A stretch of DNA of 64,000 nucleotides from Actinomycetota bacterium. GTDB taxonomy: Bacteria > Actinomycetota > Thermoleophilia > RBG-16-64-13. The stretch is from NCBI GenBank assembly GCA_012523095.1, contig JAAYJE010000022.1, positions 4,784 to 68,783 of the forward strand, written 5' to 3'. Both the position numbers and the translations under genes were made by a program. Shown one piece after another: positions 18,732 through 27,762 of this stretch. The stretch's first letter is position 1. Each line of letters begins with the position of its first letter. Under the pieces are notes generated by a model, which was given only the letters and a program-made list of their open reading frames with translations, did not search any database and had not been told where the DNA came from.

Positions 18732-18747
18732 CCGGGAGGTCTCCCGG
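18732..18747. promoter_or_regulatory. Perfect 16-bp palindrome CCGGGAGGTCTCCCGG in the leader of the DUF3467-peroxiredoxin operon
   Basis: Seen directly in the sequence, ~20 bp upstream of the DUF3467 start codon. It is a candidate operator or RNA hairpin. Confidence 0.4.
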
Positions 18748-18863
18748 AACACGTACCGGCGTTCTTCGACGTCAGACTGTCGACATCCCTAACAAGTATT
18801 GGCTGCCATGGGGTCCTGGTCCTGCCTCAGGGATCGAACATTCGGACGGTCCACAGCGATACA

Positions 18864-20321
18864 TCAATCTTCTCCCCGAGCCCGCGCGAAGCGACGCGCC
18901 CCATCCGCCACCGTCAGCCGTACCCGTCCGGTCAGGGTCTCGCCCAAGAACGCGCAGTTGCGACTCTTGCCCCTCAGCGTCTCGGGCGCTACCCGCCACC
19001 GTTCCTCGAGGTCGACGACGCAGAAGTCGGCGGGAGCCCCCTCTTCCAAGCGGGGCTCAGCGAGCCCCAAGACCCTGCAGGGCGCTCCCGACATAGCCTC
19101 CACGAGCCGCTCCAAGGACAGCTGCCCCGTCAGGACCAAACCGGTGTGGAGCGCAGCAAAAGCCGTCTCCAGCCCGGTCGTGCCGAAGAGGGCGTCCTCG
19201 ATGGGCACCTCCTTCTCCTGTGGAGCATGAGGAGCGTGGTCGGTACCGATACAGTCGACGGTCCCGTCGGCAAGGGCCGCCACCAGGGCGGCACGGTCCT
19301 CGGCGGAACGAATGGGCGGGTTGACCTTCAGGTTCTGGTCGAAACCTGTCAGCAGCTCGTCGGTCAACAGAAGGTGGTGAGGGGTGGCCTCGACGGTGAT
19401 GGGAAGCCCCTCCGCTTTCGCCTGCCGGACCAGCCTCACGCTGGCGGCTGCAGACAGGTGCTGGAAGTGTATGAGAGGCACCGCGGCCGCCGGAGGGCCG
19501 CTCGAGACGGCGCCGCCACCCGAAGCCGCGGCGACACCCGCAACCACACCGCCCCTCGTACCCCCCTGCCGCTTCTGCTCCGCATCGACGTAACGGACGA
19601 TCTCCAAGTCGCGGGCCAACGGGCCCGACTCGCAGGCGGCGGGCACTCCCCGCAAACCCAGTCGCGCGCTCCACCTGCCCTCGTGCATGACCCCGTCGAC
19701 AGACAGGCTCCTGTTCTCCAGATGGATCAGTAACGGTCGTCCGATCCCGCGAGTGTAACGTAACGCCTGAAGCAATAGATCCGCATCGGCGATAGGCCTG
19801 CCGTCGTCGGAGAAGGCGACCACTCCGGCGTCCGCCAGTTCGCGTATCTCGGCCAGCTCTTCACCTTTGAGACCCCTGCTCACGGCCCCCACCTGGCCCA
19901 CCCGGACCACGGCCTCCCTGGCCGCTTCGTCCAGGATCCAGGCGGCCACCGGGCCACAGTCCGCCACAGGATCAGTGTTGGCCATGGCCACCACCGCCAC
20001 GTAACCACCCGCCGCAGCGGCAAGCGGACCCGAAGTCAGATCCTCCTTGTATTCATGACCGGGCGTACGCAGATGGGCATGAGGGTCGACAAACCCAGGA
20101 AAAACCCAACAGCCGGCCAGGTCATCGAGTATCTCCACTTTCTCGGGCGCTCTCAACGCGTCGCCCCACCCAGCGATCTTGCCCTCTTCCACGAGTAGAT
20201 CTCCCACGAGGTCGACACCGTGTTGGGGATCGAACAGATGCACGGAAGGAATGACGAAAGTCTCGGGGGGCGCCGCCCGGCAGGTGAGCTTGGGCGCGGA
20301 AGGACGCGTGCTGGTGTCCAT
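18864..20321 (-). CDS. pyrC: Dihydroorotase
   Basis: Metal-binding DPHAHLR and DHAPH motifs. The start was set at MDTSTRP, after an AAAGGA RBS. It contains a Gly/Ala-rich insertion. Confidence 0.88.
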   Translation of the reverse strand: MDTSTRPSAPKLTCRAAPPETFVIPSVHLFDPQHGVDLVGDLLVEEGKIAGWGDALRAPEKVEILDDLAGCWVFPGFVDPHAHLRTPGHEYKEDLTSGPLAAAAGGYVAVVAMANTDPVADCGPVAAWILDEAAREAVVRVGQVGAVSRGLKGEELAEIRELADAGVVAFSDDGRPIADADLLLQALRYTRGIGRPLLIHLENRSLSVDGVMHEGRWSARLGLRGVPAACESGPLARDLEIVRYVDAEQKRQGGTRGGVVAGVAAASGGGAVSSGPPAAAVPLIHFQHLSAAASVRLVRQAKAEGLPITVEATPHHLLLTDELLTGFDQNLKVNPPIRSAEDRAALVAALADGTVDCIGTDHAPHAPQEKEVPIEDALFGTTGLETAFAALHTGLVLTGQLSLERLVEAMSGAPCRVLGLAEPRLEEGAPADFCVVDLEERWRVAPETLRGKSRNCAFLGETLTGRVRLTVADGARRFARARGED

Positions 20322-20363
20322 CCAAATTCCTTTCGGTCTCACGGGACTCGTTTAAAGGTCGAC

Positions 20364-21176
20364 CTATGTTATCGCGGAAGGATGAGCGGGTCCAGTCGGC
20401 TCGTGATCGAGCCACGTAGGCACATCCGTCCAGGCGACCCGCAGGAGTCTCCTATGAATGCGGCACTCGGGATCATGGTAACCAAGCAGGGTCCAGAAGC
20501 GCGGCGAGTGGTTCATCTCCACGGTATGGCAGAGCTCATGGAGCAGCACGTGCTCGACCACGTCCGGTGATAAGAAGAGGAGTCTCGCGTTCAAGGATAT
20601 GGTGTTATGCTGAGAACAACTCGCCCACCGGGAATGCTGGCGCCGTATCGAGATCCTGCCGTACGCTAAACGGTGCTTCAGAGCGAGCTCCTCGAGCCAG
20701 GGGACCAATGCCCGCCTCGCCCTGCGGCTTAACCAGCGACAGAGCGCGTCTCGGCAAGAATCGAAGTCGTCCGGATCGCCGGTCACGACAAGCCGCTCGC
20801 CGGAACGTTCCCGCACGACTGAGGCGGCCGCTTTGGGCGACGATGCCGCGCGCTTCGTCCGCGAGCGATACTCTACCTGCCACTCCTCGCCCACGGCCGG
20901 TAGAACGATCCACTCCGGCAACCGCGGGGGGTCCGCCTCCAGCCGGCGTCGCCGGGCATCGGTCCGATCCTTGATCCGCGCTGAAGCCCGCTCGATCCAC
21001 GCCCTCTTGCTCTCGAGCAGCCCGGGTATCTTACGCCGGTCGAAACGCCGGGGCACCACCACCTCCAGCCCTCCGTCCTCGCTCAACACCAGCCGCACAC
21101 GACGCGCCCGAGCGCTCTCCCGGACGGAATAGCCGGGGAGTGTCCCACGGGACGGTTCCAGGATGTCGCGGCCCAA
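20364..21176 (-). CDS. M48-family zinc metallopeptidase (YgjP/DUF45-like)
   Basis: HELCHTVEMNHS matches the HExxH...N/H zinc motif of YgjP-like proteins. 270 aa. Confidence 0.7.
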   Translation of the reverse strand: MGRDILEPSRGTLPGYSVRESARARRVRLVLSEDGGLEVVVPRRFDRRKIPGLLESKRAWIERASARIKDRTDARRRRLEADPPRLPEWIVLPAVGEEWQVEYRSRTKRAASSPKAAASVVRERSGERLVVTGDPDDFDSCRDALCRWLSRRARRALVPWLEELALKHRLAYGRISIRRQHSRWASCSQHNTISLNARLLFLSPDVVEHVLLHELCHTVEMNHSPRFWTLLGYHDPECRIHRRLLRVAWTDVPTWLDHEPTGPAHPSAIT

Positions 21177-21240
21177 GTGGGAGCTACCTCATCAACCGCG
21201 CGTCCGGTGTGATCTCGGGCGCCTGGGCGACGTCATACGT

Positions 21241-24200
21241 CTATCGCCCGTCTCCCGAACCATTCGCGAGGTCCTCGTCCTGCATGTCCCTCCCGGCCGG
21301 CAGGTTCAGGCCGGCGCTCTGACCGGTCACGTCGCGGGCGCCGGTGGCCGCCAGAGCCTCCTCGTCCACCACGCCGGGTTCGAACGGACAAGCTTCGGAG
21401 TAGACCATCTCCGCCTGCTGTTTGAGGACCTGCCACCGGGTACACACATGCCTCTGGGCCTTATCCCACAGCATGGACGCCGCTTCCGGATAGGCCTTCT
21501 TCAGCATGTTGTAGCGGTTCTCCGTGGGCACGAAATCGGCCACCGGCAGCATCGGTTCCTTAGAATCGATCTGCAGAGGGTTCTTGCCCTGAGTCGCCAA
21601 GCGGGGGTCGAACCGATAGCAGATCCACGAACCCGATTCCACAGCCAGCTTCTGCTGCTCGTAGCCCTTGCTCATGTCGATGCCCATGTTGATGCAGTGG
21701 CTGTAGGCGATGATGAGGCTGGGACCGTCGTAAGACTCAGCCTCCACGAATGCCCGCACAGTCTGCGAGTCGCTGTAGCCCATCGCCACCTGGGCCACGT
21801 AGATATTGCCGTAGGTCATGGCGATGGAGCCCAGGTCTTTCTTCCCGATGGTCTTGCCTCCGGCGGCGAACAGGGCCACCGAGCCCATCGGGGTGGCCTT
21901 GGACATCTGCCCCCCTGTGTTCGAATACATCTGGGTGTTCAGCACCAGCAGGTTGATGTTCCGTTGTGAAGCAAGGACGTGGTCCAGACCTCCGTAGCCT
22001 ATGTCGAAGGCCCAACCGTCGCCTCCCACCCCCCAGACGCTCTTCTTGACCAGGTGATCGGCCACTCCCAGCAACTGACCGTACCGATAGTCAGACCCAT
22101 CGTTCGCCAGAGCGTCCTGAAGCTTGGCCTTCACCTCGGCCACCCGGGTCCGTTGAGCAGCGATCTCGGCCTCGTCCTCCTGCTTGGACGACAGTAGCGC
22201 AGCCGCCAGGTCGGTTCCTATGATGTCGCGGAGCGAATCCACCAGCTCCCGGGCGAACTCCGCGTGTTTGTCCACAGTCAAGCGGAGGCCGTAACTGAAC
22301 TCCGCCGCGTCTTCGAACAGGGAGTTGTTCCATGTGGGCCCCCGGCCGTCTTCGTTGACGGAGTATGGAGTGGTGGGCAGATTACCCCCGTAGATGCTCG
22401 AACACCCGGTCGCATTGCCTATGAGCAGCCGATCGCCCACCAGCTGCGTGAGGAGCTTGATGTACGGGGTCTCGCCGCAGCCGGCGCAGGCCCCCGAGTA
22501 CTCGAAGAGCGGCCTCAGCAGCTGACTACCCTTGACGGTGTTCACACGCACGTCGGACCGGTCCGGGTCGGGTATGGTGAGGAAGAAGCGGTAGTTCTCC
22601 CGCTCCTGGCCGCGCAGTGGCGGCTGGAAGGCCATGTTGATGGCCCTCCGCTGCGGATCGGCCTTGTCTTTGCCGGGACAGATGTTGACGCACTCGGCGC
22701 AACCCGTGCAGTCCTCGGGCGCCACCTGGACCGTCCACTTCTTGCCCGCATGCTCCCTGCCCTTGGCGTCTACCGACTTGAAGGTAAGCGGGGCGCCCTC
22801 GAGGGTGTCCGCGGTATAGATCTTGGTGCGAATACTGGCGTGCGGACAGTGCAGCGAGCACTTGCCGCACTGTATGCAGAGTCCCGGCTCCCACACCGGG
22901 ATCTCGAGAGCGATGTTGCGCTTCTCCCACTTGGTCGTATCGACGGGCCAGACCCCGTCCTCGGGGATCTCGCTCACGGCCAGCTTGTCCCCGTCTCCCG
23001 CCATGATCCACGCAGTCACGTGTTGAACGAATCCGGGCGCTTCGCGAGGCACCAACCTCGGCTTCCGCTGGGTGCTGGAGACCGCGGCGGGCACGGTTAT
23101 CTCGTGCAGGTTGGCGAGAGACTGGTCGACGGCCATGTAGTTCATCGCCACGACTTTGTCGCCGCGCTTGCCGTAGGTCTTATTGATGGCGGCCTTGATG
23201 GCGGCGACGGCCTCATCCGGCGGGATGATGTTGGAGAGGTAGAAGAAGCAGGTCTGCATGATGGTGTTGATACGACCACCCATGCCGGTCTGCTTCGCCA
23301 CCTCATAGGCATTGATGGCATACACTTTCAAGCCGAGGTCGATGATCCGCTCTTGAGTCTCCATGGGCAGTCGGTCCCAGACCTCGTCCGCCGGGAAGGG
23401 AGCGTTGAGGAGGAAGGTGCCCCCGGGCGTCGCCGCCGAGAGGGTCTTGTAGCGCTCCAAGAACGCCCACACATGGCAGGCGATGAAGTCGGCCTTGTCC
23501 ACCAGGTACGCAGAGCGGATGGGCTGGGGACTGAGGCGTAGATGGCTCACGGTAAGGACTCCGGCTTTCTTGGAGTCGTATACGAAATAACCCTGCACGT
23601 AGTTGTCGGTGTCGTCGCCGATGATCTTGATGGAGTTCTTGTTGGCCCCCACGGTGCCGTCGCTGCCGAGACCGTAGAACAGAGCCCGGTAAACGCCGGC
23701 GGATTCGGTGGTGAAGGCCGAGTCGTACTCGAGACTGGTGTGAGTGACGTCATCGTTGATGCCGACGGTGAAGTGGTTCTTCGGCTCCGGCTTGGCCAGC
23801 TCGTCGAACACAGCCTTGACCATGGCCGGGGTGAACTCCTTGCTGGAGAGGCCGTAACGACCTCCGATGACCTTGGCCTTGAGGCCCGTCTCAGCCAGAG
23901 CGTTCACCACGTCAAGGTAGAGCGGTTCGCCCGCCGACCCCGGCTCCTTGGTGCGATCGAGCACCGCAAGTGTCCTCACCGTCTCTGGGAGGGCCGCCGC
24001 GAAATGCTCGACGCTGAAAGGCCGGTATAAGCGGACTTTCAGCACTCCCACCTTCTCCCCCCGGGCCGCCAGATGCTCGACGGTCTCGTGGGCCGTCTCC
24101 GCGCCCGAACCCATGAGCACGATCACACGTTCGGCGTCGGGGGCGCCGACGTAGTCGAAGAGGTGGTAACTCCGTCCGGTGAGCTTCGCGAACCGGTCCA

Positions 24201-24939
24201 TATACTCCTGCACCACCCCCGGGCAGGCGAGATAGAAGCGGTTGACGGTCTCGCGGCCCTGGAAGTACACGTCCGGGTTCTGGCTGGTGCCCCGCAGAGT
24301 AGGACGGTCGGGGGTCATGGCCCGCTCCCGGACGGCAAGCACGTATTCCTCGTCGATCATGGCCCGGAGTACATCGTCGGCCATGAATTCGAACTTCTGA
24401 ACCTCGTGGGAGGTGCGAAAGCCGTCGCAGAAGTGGATGAAGGGGACCCTCGACTTGAGTGTGGCGGCGGTGCCCACCAAAGCGAGATCGTGGGCCTCCT
24501 GCACGGAGTTCGACGCCAGGAGCGCGAACCCGGTCTGCCTCACCGCCATAACGTCTTGATGGTCGCCGAAGATGCTGAGCGCCTGCGCAGCGATGGATCG
24601 GGCCGTCACGTGCCAGCAGGTGGGGGTCAGCTCGCCGGCGATCTTATACATGGTGGGGATCATGAGTAGGAGCCCCTGGCTGGCGGTGAAGGTGGTACTG
24701 AGCGAACCGGCCTGGAGCGCTCCGTGCACGGCCGCCGCGGCTCCTCCCTCCGATTGCATCTCCACCACCACCGGCACCGACCCCCACAGATTAGGCCTAC
24801 CCGAGGCGCTCCACGCGTCGGCGTGTTCAGCGATCGGGCTGGACGGGGTGATCGGGTAGATGGCGATCACCTCGTTGATCTTGTGGGCCACGTGGGCAAT
24901 AGCTTCGGTGCCGTCCATCACTGCCGTGTTGCTTCTCAT
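21241..24939 (-). CDS. nifJ: Pyruvate:ferredoxin (flavodoxin) oxidoreductase
   Basis: 1232 aa single-chain PFOR. It has the N-terminal AIYPITPSS motif, two 4Fe-4S ferredoxin CxxCxxCxxxCP motifs, and a TPP-binding GDG region. Confidence 0.95.
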   Translation of the reverse strand: MRSNTAVMDGTEAIAHVAHKINEVIAIYPITPSSPIAEHADAWSASGRPNLWGSVPVVVEMQSEGGAAAAVHGALQAGSLSTTFTASQGLLLMIPTMYKIAGELTPTCWHVTARSIAAQALSIFGDHQDVMAVRQTGFALLASNSVQEAHDLALVGTAATLKSRVPFIHFCDGFRTSHEVQKFEFMADDVLRAMIDEEYVLAVRERAMTPDRPTLRGTSQNPDVYFQGRETVNRFYLACPGVVQEYMDRFAKLTGRSYHLFDYVGAPDAERVIVLMGSGAETAHETVEHLAARGEKVGVLKVRLYRPFSVEHFAAALPETVRTLAVLDRTKEPGSAGEPLYLDVVNALAETGLKAKVIGGRYGLSSKEFTPAMVKAVFDELAKPEPKNHFTVGINDDVTHTSLEYDSAFTTESAGVYRALFYGLGSDGTVGANKNSIKIIGDDTDNYVQGYFVYDSKKAGVLTVSHLRLSPQPIRSAYLVDKADFIACHVWAFLERYKTLSAATPGGTFLLNAPFPADEVWDRLPMETQERIIDLGLKVYAINAYEVAKQTGMGGRINTIMQTCFFYLSNIIPPDEAVAAIKAAINKTYGKRGDKVVAMNYMAVDQSLANLHEITVPAAVSSTQRKPRLVPREAPGFVQHVTAWIMAGDGDKLAVSEIPEDGVWPVDTTKWEKRNIALEIPVWEPGLCIQCGKCSLHCPHASIRTKIYTADTLEGAPLTFKSVDAKGREHAGKKWTVQVAPEDCTGCAECVNICPGKDKADPQRRAINMAFQPPLRGQERENYRFFLTIPDPDRSDVRVNTVKGSQLLRPLFEYSGACAGCGETPYIKLLTQLVGDRLLIGNATGCSSIYGGNLPTTPYSVNEDGRGPTWNNSLFEDAAEFSYGLRLTVDKHAEFARELVDSLRDIIGTDLAAALLSSKQEDEAEIAAQRTRVAEVKAKLQDALANDGSDYRYGQLLGVADHLVKKSVWGVGGDGWAFDIGYGGLDHVLASQRNINLLVLNTQMYSNTGGQMSKATPMGSVALFAAGGKTIGKKDLGSIAMTYGNIYVAQVAMGYSDSQTVRAFVEAESYDGPSLIIAYSHCINMGIDMSKGYEQQKLAVESGSWICYRFDPRLATQGKNPLQIDSKEPMLPVADFVPTENRYNMLKKAYPEAASMLWDKAQRHVCTRWQVLKQQAEMVYSEACPFEPGVVDEEALAATGARDVTGQSAGLNLPAGRDMQDEDLANGSGDGR

Positions 24940-25023
24940 GGGCGGTCCTCTCAGTCGACGTTCCCGGCGACGAGACTCGATCCCGTGACGCCGAGACTGA
25001 TCTACGCGTCTCGATAGAAGGTT

Positions 25024-25944
25024 CTACCCGGTGGGCTCCTCGCTCAAGCTTCCCGCCAGACACTGGTACAGGATGGCCATGCGTACGGCCAAGCCCGACT
25101 CCACCTGATGCAGGATCAAGGAGCGGTCGTCATCGGCCAGGTCGGCTGAGAGCTCCACCCCCCGGTTGATGGGTCCCGGATGCATAACGCGCTGCCCGGC
25201 CTTGACCCTGTACGGTGACAGTCCCCAGACCCTGCTGTATTCCCGTAGCGAGGGCACCGGCGGCACCTTGCCTTTGGCCCGTTCGAGTTGCATGCGCAGG
25301 AGGTATATAACGTCGACGTCCTCTAGGGCGTCGAGATCATGGTGGATGGGCGCACCCCAGTATTCGATTCCCGGAGGCATCAGGGTCGGCGGGCCCACGA
25401 GACTCACTTCGATACCCATCTTGCGGAATCCGAAGAGGTCGGAGCGGGCTACGCGACTGCGGAGCACGTCTCCCACGATGGCCACCCTGAGACCCTCGAA
25501 CTCACCGTACACCCGCCGCAGGCTGTACAGGTCGAGCAGGCACTGCGTGGGGTGCTCCCCAGTCCCATCACCCGCGTTGACCACCGAGGCGTCCGTATAC
25601 CGTGTGGCCATGCGCGACGCCCCCACCCGAGGGTGGCGCATGACCATGATGTCGGGACGATAGCTCTCGAGCGTGAGGATGGTGTCCTTGAGGCTTTCCC
25701 CTTTGGAAACGCTGGACGACGACTCCTTGATGTTGATCACGTCGGCGGAGAGCCGTTTCCCGGCCAGTTCAAACGACGATTGCGTACGAGTGGACGGCTC
25801 CATGAAGACGTTCACTATGGTGCGCCCGCGGAGAGTAGGGACCTTCTTGATGGAGCGAGAGGCGACCTCGAGGAAGCCGTCGCTCAGCCTGAAGAGATTG
25901 TCGATGTCGGCTGCGGTGAGATCGTCAATGGAGATCAAGTGCAT
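25024..25944 (-). CDS. pyrB: Aspartate carbamoyltransferase catalytic subunit
   Basis: STRTR carbamoyl-phosphate binding motif and HPGP..R motif. 306 aa. Confidence 0.95.
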   Translation of the reverse strand: MHLISIDDLTAADIDNLFRLSDGFLEVASRSIKKVPTLRGRTIVNVFMEPSTRTQSSFELAGKRLSADVINIKESSSSVSKGESLKDTILTLESYRPDIMVMRHPRVGASRMATRYTDASVVNAGDGTGEHPTQCLLDLYSLRRVYGEFEGLRVAIVGDVLRSRVARSDLFGFRKMGIEVSLVGPPTLMPPGIEYWGAPIHHDLDALEDVDVIYLLRMQLERAKGKVPPVPSLREYSRVWGLSPYRVKAGQRVMHPGPINRGVELSADLADDDRSLILHQVESGLAVRMAILYQCLAGSLSEEPTG

Positions 25945-25949
25945 ATCGG

Positions 25950-25990
25950 TACCCTTTCGGCCTCACTGGACACGTTTAAAGGTTCGCCTG
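25950..25990 (-). promoter_or_regulatory. Candidate PyrR binding loop in the pyrB leader
   Basis: The mRNA sense strand reads ...ACGUGUCCAGUGAGGCCGAAAGGGUACCGAUAUG. UGUCCAGUGAGG matches the conserved RUCCNGNGAGG PyrR-binding-loop core. It lies immediately 5' of the pyrB RBS (AAAGGG) and start codon. Confidence 0.45.
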
Positions 25991-26053
25991 TCCGTAGGAT
26001 TGTATCGCGTCGCAGGCGGCGACTCCAACACCCGAAGCCGACAAGCGTCGAGC

Positions 26054-26632
26054 TTACTCTTCGATGGTGACCTCATCCACCCCGTTTGCCTCCTTCAGAT
26101 GCACCACCACCCGTTCGCTGCGGCTGGTGGGGACATTCTTTCCCACGAAGTCAGGTCTGATGGGCAGGTCGCGATGCCCCCGGTCGACCAGCACCGCCAA
26201 CCGCACCGCCTGCGGACGGCCGTAGTCGAAGAGAGCGTCGATGGCCGCCCGGATGGTGCGCCCTGTGTAGAGCACGTCGTCAATCAGCACCACGACCTTC
26301 TCGTTGATGTCGAAAGGCAGATCGGTGGTACGGACCTTAGGCTGCCCATATTCCCTGCCCAGACGGATGTCAAGGTCATCGCGGTAGAAGGTGATGTCGA
26401 CGGCGCCCTTCGGGGGCTTGATGGAATAGAAGGTATCGAACAGCTCGGCCAGGCGGGCCGCCAACTCCACTCCCCCACTCTGGATGCCGACCAGCACCAC
26501 AGAGGCCAGGTCGGGAGCATACTCAGCGATCTCGTGGGTCATGCGGGCGAGCGTCCGCCCGATCTGCGCCTCGTCCAAGAGGACTTTGCGCTTACGCCTC
26601 TCGTCGCTGCTCCTGTTCGCCACGGCGCTCAC
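26054..26632 (-). CDS. pyrR: Bifunctional pyrimidine operon regulator / uracil phosphoribosyltransferase PyrR
   Basis: 192 aa with the PRPP-binding VVLIDDVLYTGRT motif. Its start overlaps the tal stop by 4 nt. Confidence 0.9.
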   Translation of the reverse strand: MSAVANRSSDERRKRKVLLDEAQIGRTLARMTHEIAEYAPDLASVVLVGIQSGGVELAARLAELFDTFYSIKPPKGAVDITFYRDDLDIRLGREYGQPKVRTTDLPFDINEKVVVLIDDVLYTGRTIRAAIDALFDYGRPQAVRLAVLVDRGHRDLPIRPDFVGKNVPTSRSERVVVHLKEANGVDEVTIEE

Positions 26633-27762
26633 CAGCCTTTCGCGAGATACTTCCGCCTTTTCTCTTCCAGAGCCGCCAGCAGGGCCTCTTGTGAATCGAC
26701 GAAGGCCCGCACCCCCTCGCGCTCCAGGGCGGCGGTCACCTCAGACATGTCTATACCCATAGCCCGTAACTCGGCCAGATGAGCGGCCGCCTCGTCCACG
26801 CCCGCCGTGACCGTCTCGGCAGGCACACCGTGATCGCGGAAGGCGTCGATGGTGGCAAGGGGCATCGTACTCACGGTGTCGGACCCTATCAACTCCTGCA
26901 CATAGAGGATGTCGCTATAGGCAGGATCCTTGGTGCTCGTGCTCGCCCAGAGAGGCCTCTGCACAGTCGCGCCGAGCGCCTCGAGGGCGGCCCATCTTGC
27001 TCCAGAGAAGGTCTCGCGGAACTGGCGGTAGGCGCATTTAGCGCCGGCGACCGCGGTTTTCCCCCGCAGCTCGGAACGATCACCCAGACGCTTGTCGACC
27101 GCGGTATCCACTCGACTCACGAAAAAACTCGCCACGCTGTGCACCTGGTCCAACAAGGGAACAGTCTCGCCGGCATCCCGGCGGGCCTCCAACGCCTCCA
27201 AACCCGACAGGAAGGCATCCATGACCGCCTCATACCGCTCCAGCGAGAAGATCAGCGTCACGTTCACCGAGCAGCCGCAACCCGTGAGGTCACGGATGGC
27301 GGCCACCCCCTCCTCTGTGGCCGGCACCTTCACCAACACGTTGGGTCGATCGACCGCAGCCTTGATCCGCATGGCCTCAGAGACCGTCCCCTGGGTGTCG
27401 TAGGCAAGAGTAGGAGCCACTTCGATACTGACCCATCCATCACGAGAGCCGGTGGCAAGATAGATACGGTGCAACTGGTCCGCCGCCATCCGGATGTCGT
27501 CGATCATGAGCGCCTCCATGATCTCCCCGGCCCCCGCTCCGTCGGACGCGAGGCGGCGCACCGCCTCGTCGTAAGCAGAGCTGCCCACGATCGCCTTGTG
27601 GAAGATAGTGGGATTAGAGGTAACCCCAGATATGCCGTCCTCTTCTATGAGGGTCTGCAACCGCCCGGCCAATAGAAGATCCCTGCCGATGTCGTCGCAC
27701 CAGACGCTCTGTCCGAAATCACCCAGGCGGGCCAAAGGATTCCGTGCTTCATCCATAGTCAT
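26629..27762 (-). CDS. tal: Transaldolase (actinobacterial long type)
   Basis: SVWCDD and VTSNPTIF motifs. 377 aa. It overlaps the tkt stop by 4 nt. Confidence 0.9.
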   Translation of the reverse strand: MTMDEARNPLARLGDFGQSVWCDDIGRDLLLAGRLQTLIEEDGISGVTSNPTIFHKAIVGSSAYDEAVRRLASDGAGAGEIMEALMIDDIRMAADQLHRIYLATGSRDGWVSIEVAPTLAYDTQGTVSEAMRIKAAVDRPNVLVKVPATEEGVAAIRDLTGCGCSVNVTLIFSLERYEAVMDAFLSGLEALEARRDAGETVPLLDQVHSVASFFVSRVDTAVDKRLGDRSELRGKTAVAGAKCAYRQFRETFSGARWAALEALGATVQRPLWASTSTKDPAYSDILYVQELIGSDTVSTMPLATIDAFRDHGVPAETVTAGVDEAAAHLAELRAMGIDMSEVTAALEREGVRAFVDSQEALLAALEEKRRKYLAKGW

